Source: a virus
Reading direction: 5' to 3' (one strand)
Length of the DNA stretch: 35,628 nucleotides
IMG/VR virus record: IMGVR_UViG_3300009507_000051
Shown: positions 8,179 through 15,242 of the stretch, in pieces
Layout of the letters: each line of letters opens with the position of its first letter
Position numbering within the stretch: position 1 is the first letter of the stretch
Position numbers and translations under genes: made by a program
The notes under the pieces: generated by a model
Databases searched by the model: none
Told to the model about the DNA's origin: nothing
Seen by the model: only the letters and a program-made list of their open reading frames with translations

Positions 8179-11004
8179 ATGTCAAAAATTTTAAGACCAA
8201 ATAAAAACATAGTTTCATTCTCATCTAAAGCGGCTACGGGCGAGCGTACAACGTTTAACACATCTAATGTGACTGATGACCTGTCTGCTAATATTAATAG
8301 CGACTACAAGCGCGGGTTTAAGGTTTACGGGCCGGATGAAGTACTGGAAATGAAAGACATGAACGCTTTCGCGTTTACCTTATCGGATCTTACTTCTTAT
8401 TTATTTCAGTCAGGTATTGCAGAATATGACTCACAGCAAGAGTATCATTTGAACCAAATGTGTTCAGAGGATGGCGTTATTTACGTATCTCTGCAAAATG
8501 ATAATATTGGTAACAACCCGGTTGGAGAGAACTCACTTTGGTTAAGTAATTCAAATACTGAAAACAAAGCGCCCTCTGCATCTACTGCGTCAATAAACGA
8601 CAATCAATTTGTTCAATTCGATTTATCCAACAATAAGTTGTTCTTGGTGGATGCTTCTGATGATAGTATATCTTATGTTAATTCTGAAGGCAGCGAGGTT
8701 GATGGCTTTATATCAAGTGATTTTTTATCTTATCAGTATACTACATCTGTCGATAATGTTGCGATGGGTTTTTCTGGTTTTGTTATAGCAGGTGAGACGA
8801 CTGTTGACGTTGGTGATAATCAATTCTTTTCTGTTATATGTGATACTAATATCAATGGAGAAAAAAAGCTTGTATTGTTTAACTCTTTAGGGTTCCCCGA
8901 TCCTGTTAGTATTCCTGCTTCATCTAATATTCAAGATGCAGAGATTGAAGGTTATTCAAATGCGTTTCCAACTTGTGCTGTTAAAGACCCAAGCTCAGAC
9001 ACAATCTTTGTTACTTATGGCTGGACTTTTGGCGCACCAGTATCAGAGCAGAATGCTTTTATCATAGCTTATTCTTTTGATAGAAATTCTGGTTTATTTA
9101 CTAAGGTAGGTAATAGATTTGATATTACTGCTAGTGGTGCTAATGATGGAAACGGACAGCCAATGTATAGCGGGTTTGTACCTAAACTAAATGGCGATGC
9201 TCAAATTGTAGACGTGTATGGAAATCTAATTTCTTTTAATGGCATTGATTTTTCTTATGAAGGTATTATTGATAGTTCAGCCATTGATTCGTCTCAATCA
9301 TTTTCTGTTACGTTTCCTTTTTCTGCTTGTGATTTTATAAGAGATGATATTATAGCGCTTAGAGGTGTTGGCCTACAGTCGTCTGATAGAACAGGGTTAA
9401 TAATAGCTTCTTATGATGAGGCGCTAAATACAGTATCAATACTGTCGGAAACTGACTTTGCCAATATAGGTGATGGTTCTGGGGATACTGAGGTTACTCT
9501 AAAAATACAGAGGGTTGGTGATTCTCAAGTGTACGTTTACGGATTAAATCATAAGTATGTATTAAAATTTGATAGTGAGTTTGAGGTTACTGCCATATCT
9601 GGTAACGTAGACGATCTCTTGCCAAGTGATGGAAGTTCCAATATAAAACAAGGTAGTGTTTTAGTATTGCCTAACAAGAATATACTAGCCGTACCGGAGT
9701 CAGGGACTGTTTTTTATACAGCAACTAGCGACTCAACATTTGCTCAATCAGTATGCTCTTCAAAGGGTGTTAGGGTTTTTGCAACTAACGGATCTAACAT
9801 ATTAGCTTATGATATAGATAGAGAAAACGGAACATTCACAAAGGTAGGGAATTCTCTTGAGTTATCAAGCCCTGATAATTCTGTTAGCTTGTGCTCTATA
9901 GTTAGTGATAACTTACCTAGCAACGGTACGCTGGATTACATCCTTGTTTATACAGATACGAACGGTGAGATTAATTGCTACTCATTTAATGGACTTAATT
10001 TTGAGTTTTACAAGCAGGTTTACACATCTAACATTACTGGCTTTAAAAGTCAGGTATCGAACATAAGTAGAAACGGAGATATTGTTCTATTTAACGATAG
10101 AGGAAGACAAGAGTTTGTTAGCCACTCTGTAAATACTGATGGTGACTTTGTTATTGTAAACAATGTATCTAGCAACTCTATTCACACCCCTAATCCCAAC
10201 ATAATAGGTGGGGTAGATGGTAACGTAGTAGCAACAAGTCAAGACGGTACGCTGCTTTATAATTATGATTTTACTTCAGCAGATCCGGAACTAACAAGCA
10301 TTCAAGAGCTAATGCAACCAGCGGTGGATGTTGTGGCACTTACGGAAGAGAATAGGATCGTATCGACTGGTTTTAATAACAGGCTTACTAGCTACAACTT
10401 GAGCTTTATCCCTAAAGATACAGCGTTTTGGCGCAGGCTTGATGGCGGTCAAAATTTATCATTTGATGGATCGGACATCGGAATTAATTCAACTAATATC
10501 AATGACGCAATTAAAGCTTTATTGACAGACGTTAGATATCCAGTTGGTGCTATACATATGAGCGCGGAAGACTCAAGGAACCCTGCGGAAATACTTGGCT
10601 TTGGTACTTGGCAAAAAATAGAAGGTAAATTTATTGTAGGTCACGATGGATCAGATTCTGACTTTGATGATGTTAATGCCAGTGGCGGCGATAAATCTCA
10701 CACGCACAGTGTTACAAGCGGTACAAGCGCGGTTAAGGTTAGCACTACAGTAAGTAGAAGTGACTGGGGCGCAGAGCAGACTGATGGCGTACTATCAAGC
10801 GGCTCAATACCTTCGGTAAGTGGTAGATTGGTCACAGGTTCTGGCAATAGCGAAAATGCAGAAAACCTAGAATCTCTGGGCCACGCATTTAATAATAAAG
10901 AACTGGAAAGTGATTTTCATAATCACGCAATAAACACAAATACAAATGAAGCTAGTAATCTACCTCCTTATTTGGCTCTTTACTTATGGGAAAGAATAGG
11001 GTAA
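8179..11004 (+). CDS. Tail fibre 1 (941 aa)
   Basis: The N-terminal 120 aa or so and the C-terminal 190 aa or so are paralogous to the next gene. The C-terminus has tail-collar-like motifs: YPVGAIHMS...NPAEILGFGTWQKIEGKF, GGDKSHTHS, HNHAI, NLPPYLALYLWERI. Confidence 0.8.
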   Translation: MSKILRPNKNIVSFSSKAATGERTTFNTSNVTDDLSANINSDYKRGFKVYGPDEVLEMKDMNAFAFTLSDLTSYLFQSGIAEYDSQQEYHLNQMCSEDGVIYVSLQNDNIGNNPVGENSLWLSNSNTENKAPSASTASINDNQFVQFDLSNNKLFLVDASDDSISYVNSEGSEVDGFISSDFLSYQYTTSVDNVAMGFSGFVIAGETTVDVGDNQFFSVICDTNINGEKKLVLFNSLGFPDPVSIPASSNIQDAEIEGYSNAFPTCAVKDPSSDTIFVTYGWTFGAPVSEQNAFIIAYSFDRNSGLFTKVGNRFDITASGANDGNGQPMYSGFVPKLNGDAQIVDVYGNLISFNGIDFSYEGIIDSSAIDSSQSFSVTFPFSACDFIRDDIIALRGVGLQSSDRTGLIIASYDEALNTVSILSETDFANIGDGSGDTEVTLKIQRVGDSQVYVYGLNHKYVLKFDSEFEVTAISGNVDDLLPSDGSSNIKQGSVLVLPNKNILAVPESGTVFYTATSDSTFAQSVCSSKGVRVFATNGSNILAYDIDRENGTFTKVGNSLELSSPDNSVSLCSIVSDNLPSNGTLDYILVYTDTNGEINCYSFNGLNFEFYKQVYTSNITGFKSQVSNISRNGDIVLFNDRGRQEFVSHSVNTDGDFVIVNNVSSNSIHTPNPNIIGGVDGNVVATSQDGTLLYNYDFTSADPELTSIQELMQPAVDVVALTEENRIVSTGFNNRLTSYNLSFIPKDTAFWRRLDGGQNLSFDGSDIGINSTNINDAIKALLTDVRYPVGAIHMSAEDSRNPAEILGFGTWQKIEGKFIVGHDGSDSDFDDVNASGGDKSHTHSVTSGTSAVKVSTTVSRSDWGAEQTDGVLSSGSIPSVSGRLVTGSGNSENAENLESLGHAFNNKELESDFHNHAINTNTNEASNLPPYLALYLWERIG

Positions 11005-11031
11005 AATAAATAAAAATTCTAAGGAATAAAA

Positions 11032-12837
11032 ATGGCTAAAATTAATCGACCTAATACAAATGTTAAGGCCTTCGCTTCGGAGGCCTTGGCCGGAGAAAGA
11101 ACAATTTTTGATGATTCTACATCGTCGGACGATCTTGCTCAAAACCTAAACCCTAGCTTTGCGAGAGGCTTTGGGGTTTTTGGCCCTTCTGAGTTTCCAA
11201 CATTAGAGGACTTTAATGGATTTGGTTACACAGCTACTCAGCTCGTATCATACCTGTATCAGCAAGGCGTTCCGGAATGGACACAGGCTCAGACTTACTA
11301 TAAAAACTCGTTAGCATCGGTTGACGGGCGTATTTTCGTATCATCTCAAAACGACAATACAGGCAATAACCCGGCTCAAGGAATTTCACAAGATTATACT
11401 AACTGGGAAGAGTCAAACCAAATATCAACGCCAGTATTATCATCATCTAAAATAACAAAGATAAATGATATTGGTTACCATGCAAAAGTTAATACTGATA
11501 ATACAATAACTATTTTTAGCGAAAAGGTTCTTATTAGTGATAATGAAACAGTTGTGGTATTGGATGAAGAGTTTTCTGATACCATTAATATGATCCAAAC
11601 AGGTGCTATGTATATAACTAGACTATCTGAAGATAGGATCGCGGTTATGACTCAGAGTGAGATCGGCGTTTATGATATCGATACTGACGCACTAACCGTA
11701 AACCAAGTAGGCTCAAAGCTTCCTTTGTCTTTAGTTACTGCTACTGATTACGATATTGTAGGACTATCCATAGCACCTACCACAACCAACCATATGGCCG
11801 TTTACAATGGTGATAATGGTAACATCCGTATTTATAGCTTTGACGGCTCTGCGTTCACTGACGAAGGCGTGAAGTACAGCGGACTATCTGGAAGAATACA
11901 GCTTGCAAAAACTTTATTTGATGGTAGTGACTTAGTGGCATACAGCAACTCTGTTCAAGAGATTTACAAGTTATCTTATAACGGAACCTCTTTCGACCTA
12001 GATGGTACTACATCTACCGCAGGCTTTGATTCTTTTAATACAATTAGTAGCGGAGAGCTTAATACTATTATTGCCTACAATGTAGGTGGAGCGAGCGCAA
12101 GGGTATTGTCTACGTCTGGATCTTCTATCTTTGAACTTGGTGTGGCGGTAGATACTTCACCAAACCTTATAACAGATGCTATACTTACTGGCGAAAATCT
12201 ATTGGTTATTAGTGATGCGGAAGATGCTGTCTCTCTTTATGTATCAAGTAATGGCGAGGCTGCTGGTAATTCATTCTGGCGACTATTGTCAGCCCAAGGT
12301 ATCGGGTTCGATGGCTCAGGTACAAACATAATGTCCAACAACGTTCAGGACGCAATAAAAGAAGTTGCAAAAGAGTTTATATATCCTGTTGGCGGATTGT
12401 GGATCAATAGAGTTGACGAAAGAAATCCTTCAGAAATCCTAGGCTTCGGCTCTTGGATAAAAGTAGAAGGTAGATTTTTAGCAGGTGATAGCTCTCTTGA
12501 CAATGACTTTAATGCTGGCACTACTGGCGGTAGTAAAAACCACTCTCACGAAGTTGAAGGTGATACGCAAAATGCCACTGTTACAACCACTATACCAAGA
12601 GATGGCTGGGGCGCTTTGCAGTCAGGCGGAAAGCTACCGGAACCAACTACTAGCGGTAGATTAGTAACAGGCTCAGGAGATACTGAAACATCGGAAGCCT
12701 TGGAGTCACTAGCGCACGCGTCTGGAGATAGAGATATTGATGCTCAACCTCACTCGCACACAATAGATACAAGCACAGATACTCAAAGCAACCTACCACC
12801 GTACGAAGTTTACTACGTATGGCGAAGAATCTCATAA
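11032..12837 (+). CDS. Tail fibre 2 (601 aa)
   Basis: It has the same N-terminal module (M-KI-RPN-N...GERT-F...NDN-GNNP) and the same C-terminal module (YPVGGLWIN...NPSEILGFGSWIKVEGRF, GGSKNHSHE, HSHTI, NLPPYEVYYVWRRI) as fibre 1. The centre is unrelated. Confidence 0.8.
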   Translation: MAKINRPNTNVKAFASEALAGERTIFDDSTSSDDLAQNLNPSFARGFGVFGPSEFPTLEDFNGFGYTATQLVSYLYQQGVPEWTQAQTYYKNSLASVDGRIFVSSQNDNTGNNPAQGISQDYTNWEESNQISTPVLSSSKITKINDIGYHAKVNTDNTITIFSEKVLISDNETVVVLDEEFSDTINMIQTGAMYITRLSEDRIAVMTQSEIGVYDIDTDALTVNQVGSKLPLSLVTATDYDIVGLSIAPTTTNHMAVYNGDNGNIRIYSFDGSAFTDEGVKYSGLSGRIQLAKTLFDGSDLVAYSNSVQEIYKLSYNGTSFDLDGTTSTAGFDSFNTISSGELNTIIAYNVGGASARVLSTSGSSIFELGVAVDTSPNLITDAILTGENLLVISDAEDAVSLYVSSNGEAAGNSFWRLLSAQGIGFDGSGTNIMSNNVQDAIKEVAKEFIYPVGGLWINRVDERNPSEILGFGSWIKVEGRFLAGDSSLDNDFNAGTTGGSKNHSHEVEGDTQNATVTTTIPRDGWGALQSGGKLPEPTTSGRLVTGSGDTETSEALESLAHASGDRDIDAQPHSHTIDTSTDTQSNLPPYEVYYVWRRIS

Positions 12838-12849
12838 GGAGAATATAAA

Positions 12850-13227
12850 ATGTGGAGTGCAATTATAAGCGGTGTTTCAACTATATTTAATGGTTGGATA
12901 GACGTTAAGAAAAAGAAGCAAGAAGCGGAGGCGGCCTATCACATGGCCGTCGTAAAAGGCGAGCAGGATTGGGATATTGAGGCTATGAAGGCTGCTCGAT
13001 ATAGTTGGAAGGATGAGCTAATCACAATCATCTGGTACAGCCCGTTAATTGTAGGTTGGTACGACAGAGATAACAAATCACTACAGACAGCGGAAGAATG
13101 GATTGAGTTTGTTAGCCTGCTGCCTTACTGGTGGCAGTTCGGAGCCTTCGGAATAATGGCAGCATCTTTTGGCTTAAGATGGTACTTTAAGCAACAAAAT
13201 TTCGTTGTAGCTGGCAATAAGAAGTAA
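12850..13227 (+). CDS. Putative holin
   Basis: 125 aa, RBS AAGGAG. Hydrophobic segments LITIIWYSPLIVGWY and LLPYWWQFGAFGIMAASFGL. It follows the fibres and lies near the endolysin. From memory, the layout resembles 3-TM GTA-type holins. Confidence 0.45.
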   Translation: MWSAIISGVSTIFNGWIDVKKKKQEAEAAYHMAVVKGEQDWDIEAMKAARYSWKDELITIIWYSPLIVGWYDRDNKSLQTAEEWIEFVSLLPYWWQFGAFGIMAASFGLRWYFKQQNFVVAGNKK

Positions 13228-13229
13228 TA

Positions 13230-13303
13230 TTGACTAAAATATAATCAGTCATTAAAATAATGGCAGGAAAATTGCATAAAATTGTTTTATTCTCTCTCCT
13301 GCC
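13230..13303 (+). promoter_or_regulatory. Promoter TTGACT-17-TAAAAT plus 5' leader stem
   Basis: -35 at 13230-13235 and -10 at 13253-13258. The 7-bp stem GGCAGGA (13262-13268) / TCCTGCC (13297-13303) encloses 28 nt. Confidence 0.45.
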
Positions 13304-13325
13304 GTGTTATCATAAGGAACATAAA

Positions 13326-13649
13326 ATGAATATTAATGGGTTTAAAGAAATCATGAACAAAGAAAGTTTAGCGGCGGTAGCCAATACATCAGCATTAGCA
13401 GGAACCGGAACAGGCTTTATGTCATTTCTTAACGAAAACTCTTCAGTGTTTACATTAATTATTGTATTTATGACCTTTGTAGTTACAGCAACGGCTCACT
13501 ACTTTGACAAGAAGAATAAGATTAGAGCGACTGACATTAAAGCAAGACATAATGAAATGATTAATGACATTGAAAAGCAAAAGCTTCAGCTTGAAAAAGA
13601 GAAGCTACAGTTAGAAATTAAAAAGCAACAACAATCTTCAGGGGCTTAA
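13326..13649 (+). CDS. Membrane protein with a C-terminal coiled coil (lysis accessory, i-spanin-like or antiholin-like)
   Basis: 107 aa from ATG 13326 (RBS AAGGAA). One TM segment, VFTLIIVFMTFVVTATAHYF, is followed by the repeat KQKLQLEKEKLQLEIKK. The track start at 13260 lies inside the promoter and leader. Confidence 0.4.
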   Translation: MNINGFKEIMNKESLAAVANTSALAGTGTGFMSFLNENSSVFTLIIVFMTFVVTATAHYFDKKNKIRATDIKARHNEMINDIEKQKLQLEKEKLQLEIKKQQQSSGA

Positions 13650-13675
13650 CTTTCTCACCTTTGTGTAGCCCCTTC

Positions 13676-13700
13676 GCCCCGGAATTATCCGGGGCTTTTC
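13676..13700. terminator. Bidirectional terminator between convergent genes
   Basis: GCCCCGG-AATTAT-CCGGGGC followed by TTTT. It lies between the + gene end at 13649 and the - gene end at 13702. Confidence 0.7.
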
Positions 13701-13701
13701 T

Positions 13702-14187
13702 TTATATGTATTTTAACATTTCCTTGCAGTTATGTAAAAACTCATTGCGCTCAGCTGCACCCTCATAGGTATTGTAAAATCTCTTGTATATATTCCACAT
13801 GCCATCTAAGTCATCGTACTTAGGTATTGGAGCAGGGCAACGCCTATAAACTATCCTAGCAATTGCGCAATTTAGATATAGATTACCAATCATACCTTCA
13901 GCTGGTGGCATGCGATCACAATAAGAAGCATCTAACACACAGCTCAACAACTCACGGCGGTACTTTAAGTAATTATCTATACAATCACTATAAGTTCTTT
14001 TTTCTACTTGCCACGGCCCGCACGCTGGCCCGCCACCTAATTGCTTTATGTAGCGACCGCAGTCACTTTCTTGCTTTACTGTATACAGAAGTAAAGCAAC
14101 AACATCTCTTTCACGCCCCCTATCTAAATTTAATTCCTTTACTACTGGTAGTATAATACTACTTACTAGTTGTGATGGTTCAATCAT
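13702..14187 (-). CDS. Endolysin, lytic transglycosylase / lysozyme-like
   Basis: 161 aa, RBS GAGGTG. The motif VKQESDCGRYIKQLGGGPACGPWQV resembles the catalytic Glu-Ser ... G-x-G-x-x-Q region of the SLT domain. Confidence 0.55.
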   Translation of the reverse strand: MIEPSQLVSSIILPVVKELNLDRGRERDVVALLLYTVKQESDCGRYIKQLGGGPACGPWQVEKRTYSDCIDNYLKYRRELLSCVLDASYCDRMPPAEGMIGNLYLNCAIARIVYRRCPAPIPKYDDLDGMWNIYKRFYNTYEGAAERNEFLHNCKEMLKYI

Positions 14188-14200
14188 AAGTCACCTCATT

Positions 14201-14222
14201 AAAAAGGCCGCTTTTGCGGCCT
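14201..14222 (-). terminator. Intrinsic terminator on the minus strand between the HNH gene and the endolysin gene
   Basis: The minus strand reads AGGCCGC-AAAA-GCGGCCT followed by TTTTT. Confidence 0.6.
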
Positions 14223-14228
14223 GTTAGT

Positions 14229-14744
14229 TTATGCAAAGTTTAGTAGGCCAAATTTGCCGTGTAGTCGCTTACATGCTTCATCATATGCAAGAGCCGCTTC
14301 GTGAGCAGTAGGAAATACGCCAAGTGATTTTACTTTTCCGTATCGTGTTATACGTGCTCGGAATTTATTGGTTGCAATTTTTGATACGCCTTTAAATGAA
14401 ACTGTTCCGCGTGATTCTCGATTAAAGCAGTTTTGAGAAGCAGTAACCTTACGTAGGTTTTTTAATCTGTCGTCTAATGTGTTGCGGTTGATGTGATCTA
14501 CCTGATAGCCTTTTGGTACTGCACCGTTGTGGTAGATGAAAACAAGTACTGAATTATAAAAAAGCTTTCCGCCTAATGATACTCTTACTCGACCATTATC
14601 AATAAAGCCTGCTGACTTCCCTTCGAACCTAGCGTTGAACTTAGTATTGCCTTCTCTCGACTTATATATTAATCGACCTGTCTGTTCGTTATAATCAAAA
14701 ATTTTACGTAATTGCGTTTTAGTTGGACGTTTTGTTAATTTCAT
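14229..14744 (-). CDS. HNH homing endonuclease with a C-terminal AP2-type DNA-binding domain
   Basis: HNH_3-like motif: YHNGAVPKGYQVDHINRNTLDDRLKNLRKVTASQN. AP2-like motif: FKGVSK...KFRARITRYGKVKSLGVFPTAHEAALAYDEA. Confidence 0.8.
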   Translation of the reverse strand: MKLTKRPTKTQLRKIFDYNEQTGRLIYKSREGNTKFNARFEGKSAGFIDNGRVRVSLGGKLFYNSVLVFIYHNGAVPKGYQVDHINRNTLDDRLKNLRKVTASQNCFNRESRGTVSFKGVSKIATNKFRARITRYGKVKSLGVFPTAHEAALAYDEACKRLHGKFGLLNFA

Positions 14745-14777
14745 AATAATTACCTCATATAATTAAATTTTATTAAT

Positions 14778-14829
14778 GTCTATTTGTAGACTTCAATTAT
14801 ATAATAACCTAAATAAAATCACCTTGCAA
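14778..14829 (-). promoter_or_regulatory. Early-type promoter TTGCAA-17-TATTAT plus 5' hairpin, driving the HNH gene
   Basis: On the minus strand, -35 is at 14829-14824 and -10 at 14806-14801. The leader hairpin GTCTA-CAAA-TAGAC lies at 14791-14778. Confidence 0.5.
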
Positions 14830-14879
14830 GTGTTTTTTGTAAATTATTTAATTTATTTTATATTTAATCCTTTTATCAA

Positions 14880-15047
14880 GCGCAACGTTTTGTGACACCC
14901 TTATATAATAGTAATTACAAAAACGTTGCACTTACTTAATTCGCTCCGCTCACTTTCTTTTATTTTTTATTATAAGCTACCCATTAGAACAATAGCACCA
15001 CCAACCAATGGGTAAAACATTAAACAAAACAAAACACCGCGAAGCGG
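14880..15047 (+). repeat. Structured intergenic element, copy 2 (subfamily A)
   Basis: - Inverted repeat 14880-14893 / 14917-14931.
- Stem TACCCATT (14978-14985) / AATGGGTA (15007-15014) with a 21-nt loop.
- GC hairpin 15037-15047.
- About 98 nt identical to copy 1. Confidence 0.9.
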
Positions 15048-15053
15048 TTGCTC

Positions 15054-15082
15054 TTGCTTTTATCTTTTTGTTGCTTTATAAT
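15054..15082 (+). promoter_or_regulatory. Sigma70-type promoter TTGCTT-17-TATAAT following element copy 2
   Basis: -35 at 15054-15059 and -10 at 15077-15082. Confidence 0.5.
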
Positions 15083-15167
15083 CTACAGACTAACTAACCA
15101 AAACCCCGGCAAAAGGTGAATGATATGCATAAGACAAAAAAAATATTAAATAAGTCAAATAAAAAGC

Positions 15168-15216
15168 TTGCATTCTCTTTTCATTTATTTAATAATACAA
15201 ATATGCCAAATGGCAT
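15168..15216 (+). promoter_or_regulatory. Early-type promoter TTGCAT-17-AATAAT plus 5' hairpin for the helicase gene
   Basis: -35 at 15168-15173 and -10 at 15191-15196. Hairpin ATGCC-AAAT-GGCAT at 15203-15216. The -10 region and downstream sequence ATTTAATAATACAAATATG match the promoter at 18878. Confidence 0.5.
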
Positions 15217-15242
15217 TAACTAAAAATAAGAAGGTAATTAAT

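Noticed and set aside
15125-15223. 32-aa ORF (MHKTKKILNKSNKK...) with an AGGTGA RBS between the two promoters upstream of the helicase gene
   Set aside because: It is short and Lys/Asn-rich as expected from A-rich DNA. It overlaps the next promoter and leader hairpin, and no equivalent exists after the other element copies.
15168-15242. Long N-terminal extensions suggested by the ORF track (starts at 15168, 13260, 25386, 29357, 3883 and minus-strand 34838)
   Set aside because: Each extension runs through a promoter, a leader hairpin, a terminator or the upstream gene, and lacks an RBS. Internal ATGs with good RBS and the conserved leader motif fit better: 15243, 13326, 25449, 29420, 3991 and 34733.
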